DNA from: Candidatus Marinacidobacterales bacterium
GTDB taxonomy: Bacteria > Acidobacteriota > Vicinamibacteria > Marinacidobacterales > SMYC01
Reading direction: 5' to 3'
DNA: 64,000 bases
Assembly (NCBI GenBank): GCA_965224085.1
Contig: CBDCYI010000005.1
Location: 288,001 to 352,000, forward strand
A program made the translations under genes and the position numbers. The number at the start of each line of letters is the position of its first letter. Position 1 is the stretch's first letter. The notes under the pieces were generated by a model, which saw nothing but the letters and a program-made list of their open reading frames with translations, did no database searches and had not been told where the DNA came from. Below are positions 31,963 through 42,800 of the stretch, piece by piece.

Positions 31963-33555
31963 CTATGGAGACGCGCTTGCAAGGGGAGGCGTGAGCGGCG
32001 GCGGCTTGCGACGCCGCGTCGCTTGCTCGTAGGCGTAGGCGAAGTTCAAGAGCATCGCTTCGGTAAACGGCCGCCCCAAAAACTCGAGGCCGACCGGCAG
32101 CGCGTCCGTCGTAAATCCGGCCGGCACCGTCAACGCAGGAAACCCCGTCATGGGGCTCAGAGCCCGGTTGCTGCCTAAACCATACTTGTCTTCGGTCTCA
32201 GGATTCGTGAGAGCGTCCGCGGCGATCACGCTTGGTTGGTGGTCGGATGTCGCGTAGACGAGTGCGTCGAGCCCGTGATCCGCCATCACCTTCATCACGC
32301 CGAGCGTCAGCTCTTCCTTGGCCAACAAGACTGGCAAGTAGCCGGCGTCGCTCGTCGTCCTCCCAACCGCTTTGATCAGACTACTCGCTCGCCACGGCGT
32401 GACTCTTCCCGACAAAAGGATCCCTTGAAGAGTCTTTACTGGGGAGTTTCCGTGCTCTTCCAGATAGGCATTCATCGCCTGCTCAGTCTCGAAGTTGCGT
32501 TTCTTCAATCTTTCGAAGAGCTCTGCCATGTTCGGGATCACGACGGGGTCGATGACCTCGGAGCCCGACGAGCGCAAATCGAAAATGGCGGCATCCATCA
32601 CCGCCCGGACCTTCTTATAGTCGTCAGTTTCGGGGTCGGTCTTGTCATCCATGGGCTCACGAATGACGCCGATGCGCGCCCCTTTCAGCCCGTCCTTACG
32701 AAGACCGCTCGCGTACGAGTCGGGAACGTGTCCGACAGCATAGGCCGTCAGCGCGTCGTTTTCGTCGTAGCCCGCGAGGACGTCCAAGAGTGCAGCCGCG
32801 TCGCTTACGGTACGCGTCATTGGACCCAAGGTGTCGGTGGCCGGCGTCGCCGGCATCATGCCGTGACGGCTCACGAGCGGGACGGTCGGCCTCAGACCGA
32901 CGAGGCAGTTGATGGCTGCAGGGCCTCGAATGGAACCTCCGGTATCTTCTCCAATGCCGACCATGCCGAAGTTGGCCGCAATGCCGCTACCCGTGCCGCC
33001 CGAGGAGCCGCCCGGATTCCGGTCGGGGTCATAAGCGTTCCGGATCATGCCGAAGGCCGAACCGACATAGCGCGAAGCGAACTCGCCCATAGTGGTCTTG
33101 GCTAGGATGATGGCTCCGGCGCTTTTCATCTTCAGGACGATGGTCGCGTCTCTTTCCGGGACGAAGTCCTCGAAGAGCACGGAACCGTAGCTCGTCGGCA
33201 GATCACTCGTCTCGACTTGATCCTTGAGGAGCACCGGGATGCAGTGGAGGGGGCCAACGAAACCTGAAGACGCGAAGCTCGCGTCCAGCTCGTCGGCTAG
33301 CTCGAGCGCGTGCGGGTTGATCGTCTGGATGGTGTTCAAATTGGGACTTTTCTTGTCGTAGGCTTCGATGCGGTCCAAGTAACTTTGTACGAGATCGCGG
33401 CACTTCAAAGCACCCGCGGTCATGGCTGCGTGAACGTCATCGATGGTGGCCTCCTCGAGCTGGAACTGTCCCGATGGGCTCGACTGTGCGCCGGCGATAC
33501 CGAACGCCAGCAAGAACCACACTGCTGTGTGGGCTAACCACGATCTAAGTTTCAT
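31963..33555 (-). CDS. Secreted amidase-signature family protein
   Basis: GPLHCIPVLLKD, GGSSGG, GEDTGGSIRGP; start ATG 33555 behind AAGGAG with signal peptide. Confidence 0.9.
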   Translation of the reverse strand: MKLRSWLAHTAVWFLLAFGIAGAQSSPSGQFQLEEATIDDVHAAMTAGALKCRDLVQSYLDRIEAYDKKSPNLNTIQTINPHALELADELDASFASSGFVGPLHCIPVLLKDQVETSDLPTSYGSVLFEDFVPERDATIVLKMKSAGAIILAKTTMGEFASRYVGSAFGMIRNAYDPDRNPGGSSGGTGSGIAANFGMVGIGEDTGGSIRGPAAINCLVGLRPTVPLVSRHGMMPATPATDTLGPMTRTVSDAAALLDVLAGYDENDALTAYAVGHVPDSYASGLRKDGLKGARIGVIREPMDDKTDPETDDYKKVRAVMDAAIFDLRSSGSEVIDPVVIPNMAELFERLKKRNFETEQAMNAYLEEHGNSPVKTLQGILLSGRVTPWRASSLIKAVGRTTSDAGYLPVLLAKEELTLGVMKVMADHGLDALVYATSDHQPSVIAADALTNPETEDKYGLGSNRALSPMTGFPALTVPAGFTTDALPVGLEFLGRPFTEAMLLNFAYAYEQATRRRKPPPLTPPLASASP

Positions 33556-33771
33556 ACGCCGCGCTCCTTGCGTCGAGATCGTATCAAAGCCAGGCGGTGC
33601 ACGTAATCTCGCCTCCGAAGGCCGAAGGACGCTGCGGTGCACATCCCTTCATTGGCTCTGTTTCGCGGGAAGAGTGGTTCCGATGGGGATATCTCCATGC
33701 CGACCACCACCTTCGCCAGTTCGGTCACTGAAGCTCGCCGGAGAAACAACTCCGACTCCTGGGAGGCGAGC

Positions 33772-34050
33772 ATGGGGGTGTGGTTTTCCCTCGCGGTCGT
33801 CGGACTCTGCCTCGCTCCGAGCGCGTCGCCCGGGCAAGCGAATCTCCCTGAGACCATCGGAGGTTGTAAGGGCGCGCCGCCACAGACGACGAAAACAGCC
33901 GACCCTTCGAACTATCTGGCGAAGCTCTCGACGCTCGCTCCCGGCGAGCAGCTGCTCCTCGATCCGGGAACCTATTCTCGCGAGCTTCTGGTCCACCGGC
34001 TCAAGGGAGGTTCCGCATCGCTCGCGCGGAATCCTACGACGAGCTCACGC
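33772..34050 (+). pseudogene. N-terminal stub of a secreted right-handed beta-helix-like protein
   Basis: GGAGG RBS, signal peptide, then LAPGEQLLLDPGTY typical of beta-helix N-caps; truncated. Confidence 0.45.
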
Positions 34051-34085
34051 ATTTGGGGGCCCCCGCGGATCCGGTGGTAGTATTT

Positions 34086-34176
34086 GTTCGAGAAATACGC
34101 GATGGGTCACGAGTATACATGGGCAATGGCGCCCATCGAAACCGGGGATGACGGGAAAGGAACAGGTTCCATTAAA
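34086..34176 (+). pseudogene. Orphan copy of the 3' end of an S9 peptidase gene
   Basis: FEKYAMGHEYTWAMAPIETGDDGKGTGSIK closely matches 58903-58992 (FEKYAMGRDYTWERAPVETRDDEKGKGSIK) at DNA level. Confidence 0.85.
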
Positions 34177-34306
34177 TCAACCCCCGGCTTAAGCCGGCTT
34201 AAGCCAGGGGATTGCGCGGGCGCGTCGACTGGAAGTCGACTTCATGCGCCCGCTTCATTCTCAACCCCCCGACTTCAGTCGGGAGTCTCGTCCCCTCTGG
34301 GGACTT
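34177..34306. repeat. Hairpin cluster: two TCAACCCCC-GRCTT(A/C)AGYC-GG palindromes flanking a GC stem-loop (REP/PATE-like)
   Basis: 34177-34210 and 34261-34285 are direct copies of a palindromic unit; GCGGGCGC..GTCGAC..GTCGAC..GCGCCCGC stem lies between; GTCCCC-TCT-GGGGAC follows. Confidence 0.65.
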
Positions 34307-34435
34307 CGACAAATCTTCTCTTCGCCTAAAGGCGATACCGTCCTTGGGCATAAATGCCTTTGCAGAATGGCTGACCATAATCCAGAATCCAGGCTCCTGG
34401 CCTGGCTTAGGTCATCAAGCCCAAAAATATTCCTC

Positions 34436-35533
34436 TCAAGCGCCCCAAACTTTTTCCAAAACGCGAATCCAATTCTCTCCCATTGCCTTGCGAATTTCAC
34501 CGGTAGACCAGCCCCGCTTGATAAGACCCCGGACAACATTGGGCAGCTCAGCAATGCTTTCGAAACCCTTTACATAGGTCCGATAGTAGTTATATATTTC
34601 TGGCGACATCACCGCCGGATTAGCCCCCCTCCGGACCTTATCTGCATCCTCACTAATATTATCCGTGCCCAGTCCGACATGGTCTACTCCCACCAGCTTA
34701 CGGATGTAATCGAATTGATCGAGGTACGTATCCAACCCGACCTGAGGACTATTTTTTAGATGCGAATTTGTTGGGTTACGTGACATTAAAGAGCTCATCG
34801 TAGCGAGGCCAATGACTCCCCCGGTCTTAGCAATGGCCTCGATCACGCGGTCACTGTCATTACGTGGATTATTGTTGAGGGCGAGTACATTGGTATGAGT
34901 GTCAACCACAGGTATCTCAGGCGCCATTTCAATCGCATCCAGGGTTGTCTTCTCGCCGGTATGGCCTCCCACATCAAGCACGACCCGCAGCTTGTGGATC
35001 TCTTCCACCAGGCGTCGACCTGCACGAGTCAGGCCGACGTGAGCTTCAAGACATCCCCCGCCGTAGATATTGACGACGTTGTAGGCGATGCCACAAAGCC
35101 GCAACCCCTGCTCGTAGAACTCGGCCACGGGCGGACGAGGATCCCCCCGCGATCGATTATGCTCGGTGCCCAGGAAGTCAGCCGATTGCGGCCCATAAAT
35201 CTGAGCAATCTTGCCCTGCTTATAGGCTTGCTGGATTTCTCTCACAGTGGTTGCCAACACCATTTTATCGGGAAACGGTATCCTCCCTCCTCCTCCAACT
35301 CGGGTAGTCAACCCTACAGCCTTCAGCTTCTTTAGGTACGTCTCATTCATCGGTCCACCATTACATCCATCGGAAACTATGGTGGATCGAAGGATAGCCA
35401 TCGGATCACGACCAGGACTGCGATCCGACTCATCCAGCTGGAAAGACGCCATGGCCCACGGCTCGGCTGCTCGTACAAGCCCAGCTGTTGCCCCTACAAA
35501 AGCAACATTTCGTACAAAATCTCTTCTTTTCAT
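34436..35533 (-). CDS. Membrane dipeptidase (M19) family protein, Tat signal
   Basis: GLTRAGRRLVEE, THTN, PRNDSD, KTGGVIG, VGVDHVGLGTD, GENWIRV; MKRRDFV signal; GAGGAGG RBS. Confidence 0.85.
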   Translation of the reverse strand: MKRRDFVRNVAFVGATAGLVRAAEPWAMASFQLDESDRSPGRDPMAILRSTIVSDGCNGGPMNETYLKKLKAVGLTTRVGGGGRIPFPDKMVLATTVREIQQAYKQGKIAQIYGPQSADFLGTEHNRSRGDPRPPVAEFYEQGLRLCGIAYNVVNIYGGGCLEAHVGLTRAGRRLVEEIHKLRVVLDVGGHTGEKTTLDAIEMAPEIPVVDTHTNVLALNNNPRNDSDRVIEAIAKTGGVIGLATMSSLMSRNPTNSHLKNSPQVGLDTYLDQFDYIRKLVGVDHVGLGTDNISEDADKVRRGANPAVMSPEIYNYYRTYVKGFESIAELPNVVRGLIKRGWSTGEIRKAMGENWIRVLEKVWGA

Positions 35534-35549
35534 GATTCCTCCTCAACGT

Positions 35550-35686
35550 CCGAAAGCTCACACAGAATCGGTAGTAGAGCCAGACGGCGTGGCTGATGAT
35601 CTCGGGCGCAAATCGATATCCGTGGTAGCTCGGCGTGTCACTTTTCATCGGCCTAGTTTGCCAGACACGGCCTGAACTTGACAGCA
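35550..35686 (-). mobile_element. IS6-family remnant: left inverted repeat and first ~33 transposase codons
   Basis: MKSDTPSYHGYRFAPEIISHAVWLYYRFCVSFR is an IS6 transposase N-terminus; IR-like TGCTGTCAAGTT at 35675-35686. Confidence 0.85.
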
Positions 35687-35761
35687 ATGGCACCGCCCGC
35701 GTGGGCGGAGGTCATCGGGGAGTGACCGAAATCGTTCGTTCACTCGAAAGTACCTGTGCAG
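35685..35761 (+). mobile_element. Non-autonomous mini-element made of the left and right ends of the IS110 at 43094-44771
   Basis: 35675-35727 is a near-identical reverse complement of 44729-44781; 35740-35754 matches the IS110 right end 43097-43111 at 14/15. Confidence 0.75.
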
Positions 35762-36020
35762 CTGTTCAGCCCCAACTACCTGCGCTTCGCTTCCGCACCA
35801 TCCAGCCGCCCGGTAGCGTTCACGTCACCGCGCGATTCGCATTCTAGCTTGCTGAAATCCCGGGCTCCTCCAAGGAGCAGGACGTGAAGGATGTTCTCGA
35901 AGAGGAGACATCGAGAGGTATTAGCCGGTGTTGCAACTAGCTTTCCCATGTAGTAGGAATGCTTGGTTGACCTATGCTTTTCGGTGAGTCGTCTTTGACT
36001 TAATCCAAGGGAGTGAGCAG

Positions 36021-39000
36021 ATGCCCATCATCGCAAAAGGCGCGACGGGCGCCACGGTGTTGGTTTTGCTTTCGGCGGCGCTCGCGGGCCAGCCGTCGCC
36101 AACGGCAGAAGAAGCGTGGGACGTGACCTTGGCTCGCGGCGAGACCCGAACCATCGACTTCACCACCGACGAAGGCACCTGGATGACGATCGATGTCTTC
36201 CCCGATGGCGAGCGGCTGGTCTTCGACCTCCTCGGCCACATTTATACTCTGCCGGTAAGCGGCGGCGAGGCCACCCTTTTGACCACGGACTCCGGCGTTG
36301 CCATCAACTTTCAGCCCGCCCTTTCCCCCGACGGAGGGCGCATCGCTTTCATCTCCGATCGAGGCGGGCAGAACAACCTCTGGGTCATGAATGCCGACGG
36401 CTCCAACGCGCGCGTGGTTGAGCAAAACCTCAAAGTGCGCCACTCCCTTCCCGCGTGGACTCCCGATGGCAACTTCATCGTCGCCCGGCGCGTTCCCCTG
36501 GAGCAGCGACAGCGACGAACACAGGAGCTCTGGCTCTATCACGTCGGGGGGGGAAAAGGTGTAAGGCTCACCGATGCCAAGAAGCATCCTAGCGCGAGCG
36601 GCCCTTCCGTGAGCGATGATGGCCGCTTCCTTGACTTCAGCGTCGAGATGCCCAACATCGAGGATCCGGCGAAGGGCAAAGTCCAGCTCCGCCGCCTCGA
36701 TCTGAAAACGGGTGAGGTGCTCAGAATCACTGAGGGAACCGAGCGCGGAGCCGGGGGCTCCGCCCGCACCTCGAGCGGGGGAGGGTTTACCCCGCGGGTC
36801 TCCCCCGACGGCCGCTACCTGGCATTCGGGCGGAGGCTCGCTTCCGGAACGTTTTCTTTCAAGGGGCACCAGCTCGGGCCGCGCACGGCGCTCTGGATCC
36901 GGGATCTCGAGACCGGTTCCGAAACCCTCGCACTGGACCCGGTGGAGCGCGACCTGCAGCAGCGCAGCCGGGACTGGTCCGGCTATCTGCCCGGTTACTC
37001 CTGGGATCCGACGGGTCGTTTCGTCTACGTGGCGCAAGGAGGCAAGATCCGTAAAGTGGATGTGGAGAGCCGCGAGGTCGAGACAATTCCGTTTCGGGCG
37101 CGGGTGGCGCGAACGATTTCGGAAATGGCCTACCGGCGCTTCCGTATCGACGATGCCGCTCCGCTGAAGATCCGGTTCACCCGTTGGCCCGCCCTCGCTC
37201 CGGACGGAAGCGCGTTGGCTTTTCAGGCGGTAGGCAGGATCTGGCACCAGGAGCTTCCCGATGGCTCTCCCCGCCGCCTTACCTCAACTTCCTTCTCGCC
37301 ACATGAGTACGCCCCCGCATGGTCTCCCGACGGCGAGTGGCTCGCCTTCACGAGCTGGTCCGACGAGGAGCGTGGTCATCTCTTCAAGGTGGGCGCCCGC
37401 GGGGGAGAGCCAGTACGACTGACCGTCGTCGCCGGGGAGTACCTTCATCCCGTCTGGACACCGGATGGCACCGGCATCGTCGTGGTGCGGAGCTCGGGTG
37501 CGACCCTCAGGGGGCGCATGCTGAACGAGAACGCCTGGTACGACTTGGTGCTCGTGCCCGCCGATGGCGGGGAGCCGCGGCACGTGGTGACGGTGAACCC
37601 TCCGATGGGTCGCATCAGCCACCGCCGCCACGTAGTGCAGCCTTCCTTCGGTCCCGAAGGCCGGTTGTATTATCCGGAAATGATCCTTGCGGAAGGCGAG
37701 GATGGCGATGCGCGAACCGAGCTTCGGTCGGTTCGGCTCGATGGCCTCGACAAAAGAACTCACTTGACGCTGCCGTTCGCGGACGAAGCCGTCCTCTCCC
37801 CCGACGGAAACTGGTTGGCCTTCGAAGAGGGTGACAACGTCTACTTGAACGCCGTTCCCACGAACGGTATCGGTGGCACACCCCTCGAGCTGGAGCGTGA
37901 GGAAAAGCCCGTCTGGGCCATCACTCCCCTTTCGCACGAGGGTGGGAATTTCCCGCGATGGGTCGGAGCCACCACGCTCGTCTTCGGAAGCGCGGACAAG
38001 GCCTTCGCCTATGACGTCGACACCAAGCAAACGAAGACCTACGACATCGACCTCGAGCTGCCCCGCGATCGACCGATGGGCACTCTTGCTCTCACCGGGG
38101 CGCGCGTCATCACCATGGAGGGGAACGAGGTCCTCGAGGAGGCGGACCTCGTGGTGAAAGATGGTCGCATTGCAGCCTTGGGGCCGTCCGGCTCGGTGGC
38201 CGTCCCCCCTGCTGCCCGGAGAGTGAGCGTCCAGGGCAAGAGCATCATTCCCGGGCTGGTGGACCTCCACACCCACAATCACCGGAGGCCGAACGGCCTT
38301 TTGCCTCAGCGCGATTTCGAGATGGCTGCCGTGCTTGCCTACGGCGTCACAACGTCGCTGGACAATTCCATGTGGTCGCAAAACGTTTTCCCTCAGGCGG
38401 AGATGGTGGAAGCGGGCGAGCTCGTCGGGTCTCGCACGTTCAGTACGGGAGATCCCCTTTATGCGGGTGATCACGCGCGCCAGAACGAGCTCAAAGGCTC
38501 CGAACAAACTCACGAGGAGGTGAGGCGGCTCAAATCCTATGGCGCGGTGTCGTTGAAACAGTACCAGCAGCCCGAGAGGAGGCAGCGACAGTGGATCACC
38601 GAGGCGGCGCGTCGGGAAGGCCTGATGGTGACCGCCGAGGGCGGTGATTTCCTCTACGTCCTCACGATGATCATGGACGGTCAAACCGGCTGGGAGCATC
38701 CCATTCCGCAAGTACCGGTTTACCAAGACCTGGCCGAGTTCCTCGGCAGGGCCAACGCCTACTATTCGCCGACTCTCGTGGTCGCGGGACCCGGACCCTG
38801 GAACGATCAATACTTCACCCAGGAGGTGGCTCTCTGGAAAGATGCGAAGCTTCGCCGGTTCGCACCCTGGAGAAAGCTCGAAGCGCACACACGCCGCCGA
38901 GAGCTTCGGCCGAAGACGGATTACACCTACCCGCTACTTGCGCAGTCGGTGGCCGATATTGTTGCCGCCGGCGGATTCGGCGCGATCGGCTCCCACGGCC

Positions 39001-39341
39001 AACAGCACGGCATCGCTTCTCACTGGGAAATCTGGATGCTGGCGGAAGCGATGAAGCCCCTCGAGGCGCTTCGGGTGGCCACCATCCATGGAGCCATGAT
39101 GATCGGTGTCCAAGAGGACATTGGCTCCTTGAAGCCGGGCAAGCTCGCCGATCTCCTGGTGCTCAACGGAAATCCCCTCGAGGACATCCGCGAGACCGCC
39201 AATATCCAGTACGTCGTGAAAGGCGGTCGTCTCTATGACGGTGACACCTTGGATGAGATCTGGCCCCGCCAGAGGGAGTTCGGTCGCTTCTTCTGGGAAA
39301 TGGAGGAAGCACGTCCGGACGATGTCAAAGTGATCAAGTAA
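36021..39341 (+). CDS. TolB/PD40 beta-propeller + amidohydrolase fusion, secreted
   Basis: SPDG repeats; IIPGLVDLHTH, GSHGQQHG, GSLKPGKLADL. Confidence 0.9.
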   Translation: MPIIAKGATGATVLVLLSAALAGQPSPTAEEAWDVTLARGETRTIDFTTDEGTWMTIDVFPDGERLVFDLLGHIYTLPVSGGEATLLTTDSGVAINFQPALSPDGGRIAFISDRGGQNNLWVMNADGSNARVVEQNLKVRHSLPAWTPDGNFIVARRVPLEQRQRRTQELWLYHVGGGKGVRLTDAKKHPSASGPSVSDDGRFLDFSVEMPNIEDPAKGKVQLRRLDLKTGEVLRITEGTERGAGGSARTSSGGGFTPRVSPDGRYLAFGRRLASGTFSFKGHQLGPRTALWIRDLETGSETLALDPVERDLQQRSRDWSGYLPGYSWDPTGRFVYVAQGGKIRKVDVESREVETIPFRARVARTISEMAYRRFRIDDAAPLKIRFTRWPALAPDGSALAFQAVGRIWHQELPDGSPRRLTSTSFSPHEYAPAWSPDGEWLAFTSWSDEERGHLFKVGARGGEPVRLTVVAGEYLHPVWTPDGTGIVVVRSSGATLRGRMLNENAWYDLVLVPADGGEPRHVVTVNPPMGRISHRRHVVQPSFGPEGRLYYPEMILAEGEDGDARTELRSVRLDGLDKRTHLTLPFADEAVLSPDGNWLAFEEGDNVYLNAVPTNGIGGTPLELEREEKPVWAITPLSHEGGNFPRWVGATTLVFGSADKAFAYDVDTKQTKTYDIDLELPRDRPMGTLALTGARVITMEGNEVLEEADLVVKDGRIAALGPSGSVAVPPAARRVSVQGKSIIPGLVDLHTHNHRRPNGLLPQRDFEMAAVLAYGVTTSLDNSMWSQNVFPQAEMVEAGELVGSRTFSTGDPLYAGDHARQNELKGSEQTHEEVRRLKSYGAVSLKQYQQPERRQRQWITEAARREGLMVTAEGGDFLYVLTMIMDGQTGWEHPIPQVPVYQDLAEFLGRANAYYSPTLVVAGPGPWNDQYFTQEVALWKDAKLRRFAPWRKLEAHTRRRELRPKTDYTYPLLAQSVADIVAAGGFGAIGSHGQQHGIASHWEIWMLAEAMKPLEALRVATIHGAMMIGVQEDIGSLKPGKLADLLVLNGNPLEDIRETANIQYVVKGGRLYDGDTLDEIWPRQREFGRFFWEMEEARPDDVKVIK

Positions 39342-39360
39342 TCGCCAAAGGGAGGTCGTC

Positions 39361-39640
39361 ATGAGACGTCTTTTATTGATTCTCGCACGGATCGTTTTCC
39401 CGGTCATGGCAACGGCGCAGACGCGTCCCATGACCTACGAGGACATCCTCGGTGTCAAGCGCCCCGCCGACCCGCAAAATCTCCCCCGACGGATCCCGCA
39501 TGGCCTTCGTGGTGAGTGAGCGGGACCAGAAGGAGGACGTCTACAACGAGGACCTGTAGGTGGTCGCCGCTCCGGAAGGGAATCTGGTGAGGCTGACCTA
39601 TGCGCAGAAGAGAGATCACTATCCGAGGTGGAGCCCGGTG
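39361..39640 (+). pseudogene. N-terminal stub of S9 peptidase-like gene (frameshift, stop, truncated)
   Basis: GGAGG RBS; signal peptide, RPMTYEDIL, ISPDGSRMAFVV, in-frame TAG, PRWSP. Confidence 0.7.
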
Positions 39641-39879
39641 GGAGACACTCCTCAACCGCCTTGCCCTGTTTGCTCGAGTTCTGCTACGCTCACCCGGACT
39701 CAATCGGAGTGCACCGTCCCATCCCAGTGGGGAAATTTCGTGCGGACCGGGGCCGGACACGTTTGAATTTTCCTAATCCTAGTTTCGCCAGAAGGACACT
39801 AGCAAGCCTCCGCGTCGAACCGGCGATGCAAGGCTCACCAAGCCTGCTTATCTCTGTAAACAAACGTCTGGAGGAAGGC

Positions 39880-42800
39880 ATGAGAGGTGCAAGAGTATTT
39901 TTCTGGCGCTTGAACCTGGCTCTAGTGGTGACGGTCGGCCTGCTATGCAGCCCGAACCGGGCTCAGGCACAGCTCGTTGATGAAACTATTCTCGACAACC
40001 TTTTGTTGCGCTCCATCGGCCCCGCCGTCATGGGCGGACGCATCCATGACCTGGCCGTGGTGGAAGATCGTCCCTGGATCTTCTACATCGGTTCGGCTTC
40101 GGGAGGACTTTGGAAGACCACCAACAACGGAACCACCTGGGATCCAGTCTTTGACGATCAGGGGACTTCCTCGATCGGCGACCTCGCTCTCGCGCCTTCC
40201 GATCCCGAGATTGTCTGGGTGGGTACTGGAGAGCCCAATAACCGGCAAAGCTCGAGTTTCGGCGACGGGGTCTATAAGTCGACGGATGGCGGGAAGACCT
40301 GGAAGCACGTCGGCCTGCGCGACACCCATCACGTCGGACGCATCGTGATCCATCCCCAGGATCCCGACACCGTTTACGTCGCCGCTCTGGGACACCTGTG
40401 GGGACCCAACGAGGAGCGGGGCCTTTTCAAGACGACTGACGGGGGAAACACCTGGGAAAAGATCTTATATATCGATGAAGACACCGGAGTCGTCAACGTA
40501 GCCATGGACCCGGTGAATCCCCGGATTCTCTACGCCGCCGCGTACCAGCGACGGAGGACACCCTGGGGATTCAGTGGAGGGGGGCCGGGAAGCGGCCTCT
40601 ACAAGAGCTCCGACGGCGGGAAGACATGGAAGAAGTTGACCGAGGGCATTCCTGATGGCCCGACAGGCAGAATCGGTATCGATGTCTATCGCAGCGATCC
40701 CCGAATCCTCTATGCGCTGATAGAAAACCGTGAGGGAGGGGTTTTCCGATCGGAGGACCGGGGCGAAAGCTGGAAGAGGGTCAATGAGCTCAACCCCAGG
40801 CCCATGTACTACAGCCAGATATGGATTGATCCGAGCGACTCCCGGCACGTTTACGTGCTGGGCGGGCCCTTTTATGTTTCCGACGACGGCGGGAGGACGT
40901 TCGAGCAAAACACTGCCATGACGCCCACGTTCGATGTGGGAGTGCACGGCGACCACCATGTGCTGTGGATCGACCCCGCCAACGGCAAGCATCTTATCCT
41001 GGGGAGTGACGGCGGTCTCTACTTCTCCTGGGACAGGAGCCGCACCTGGGACAAGGTAAACAATTTGCCCATAGCCCAGTTCTACGCAGTGGGCGTCGAC
41101 ATGCAGAAGCCTTACTTCATCTACGGCGGTGCTCAAGACACTCACTCCTGGGGAGGGCCGAGTGCTACCCGGCACCACATTGGAATCATTAACTCCGACT
41201 GGGTTCAGATTGGCCCTGGCGACGGCATGTACCAGCAGGTAGACCCCGCCGATCCTAATATCATCTACACCGAGTCACAGGGAGGAGACATCGTTCGCCT
41301 CAACCATAAGACCGGGGATCGGAAAGACATCAAACCGCACCCCGGGGACGGCGAGTCGGAGTATCGGTTTCACTGGACTTCCCCCATCCTCATTTCCCCT
41401 CATGACCCGAAGACCGTCTATCTGGGCGGAAATCGGCTCTTCATCTCGAAGGACCGGGGAGAAACTTGGACGGCCACGGAGGATTTAACCCGGGCAGAGG
41501 AACGAGACAAGCTTCCCATCATGGGGGTAGTTCCCGACGAGACCACGCTCTCGCGGCATGACGGGGTGGCGGCCTGGGGTACCATCACCACCGTGGCCGA
41601 GTCTCCGCTGACTCCCGGCTTACTTTACGTGGGCACTGATGATGGCATTGTCCATGTGTCGCGGGATGGGGGTCGAACCTGGACTAGCCTGCAGGATAGG
41701 TTCGCCGGCGTGAATGAAGAAAGAGCTACGGTGAGCCGCGTCGTAGCCTCGCATGCCGAGCCGGGTAGAGGCTACGTCACATTCGACCGTCACCAGCTGG
41801 ATGACTTCTCCCCTTATGTCTTTACCACCGACGACTACGGGAACACCTGGAAGTCCATTGCCGGAAATCTGCCTCGGGTAGGTTGGGTTAATGTTCTCGC
41901 CGAGCATCCTCGAAACCCCAATCTTCTCTTCGTCGGTACGGAGACGGGGCTCTTCGTATCGCTGGATCGGGGCAACCGGTGGATTCGGCTTACAGGTAAC
42001 TTCCCGACCGTCCCGGTAGATGATCTCGTGATTCATCCCCGGGACAACGACCTCGTGGTGGGCACTCACGGCCGTTCCATCTACATCCTGGACGACCTCG
42101 CGCCGCTCGAACAGCTGAGTGAAGAGGTGCTGGCTTCGGAGGTCCACTTGTTTGACATCCGCCCAGCCATGGAGTTCGTGCTCGTCAAGCATGAAAGCTA
42201 CGGGGCCCAGCGGCAGTTCATCGGGGCAAACCCGCCTTTCGGCGCAGTCATCTCTTACTACCTGAAGTCGGAACCAGCGGGAGACGTCGAGCTTTCCATT
42301 GTCGACAGGAGCGGAAAGGCCCTTCGTGAGATCTCCGGGACAAAGCACTCGGGGGTAAATCGGGTGAGCTGGGACCTACGCCTTGCTGCTCCTGAAGGCG
42401 TTGACCAGGCGGTTGGCCCCCTTGTCCCCCCGGGACGCTACACGGTTCGGCTTAAGTTAGGTAAAAAGGAGCTGGCCAAACCGCTCGAGGTGGAGGCTGA
42501 CCCACTCTTTCCGGTCCCGGAGGAAGAGCAGGTTGCGCGCTACGAATTCCTCGTCACCGTGAACGGCTTACGCCAGACGATCCAGGAGGCCATCGATTCG
42601 ACAGAGGCAATTTCAGAACAGGTCCAAAGCCTTCTCGAGGGCACGCAGGGAGATCCTGAGGCACCGGAGGCTGTGATTTCGGCGGCTCGAACCATTGCCG
42701 AGGAATCGGAAAAGATCCGGCGCGCACTGGCGGGCGATGGTGTAGCACCGTTCTTCGCTGGACAGAGCCTGCGCTCGCGAGCAAACCGGCTCTTCACAAA

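Noticed and set aside
37284-38888. Long antisense ORFs (534 aa here; others at 36000-37247, 20787-21719, 59821-60723)
   Set aside because: They are shadows of high-GC real genes on the opposite strand and have no recognisable motifs.
39700-39760. Possible IS21-like end (TGTCCGG...AAATTTCCCCACT on the minus strand)
   Set aside because: Single weak resemblance, with no partner end or transposase.
39628-39879. Long N-terminal extensions in the ORF track (also 18126-18443, 50074-50274, 5346-5441)
   Set aside because: Better RBS + ATG + signal peptide starts lie downstream, and the paralogs do not share the extensions.
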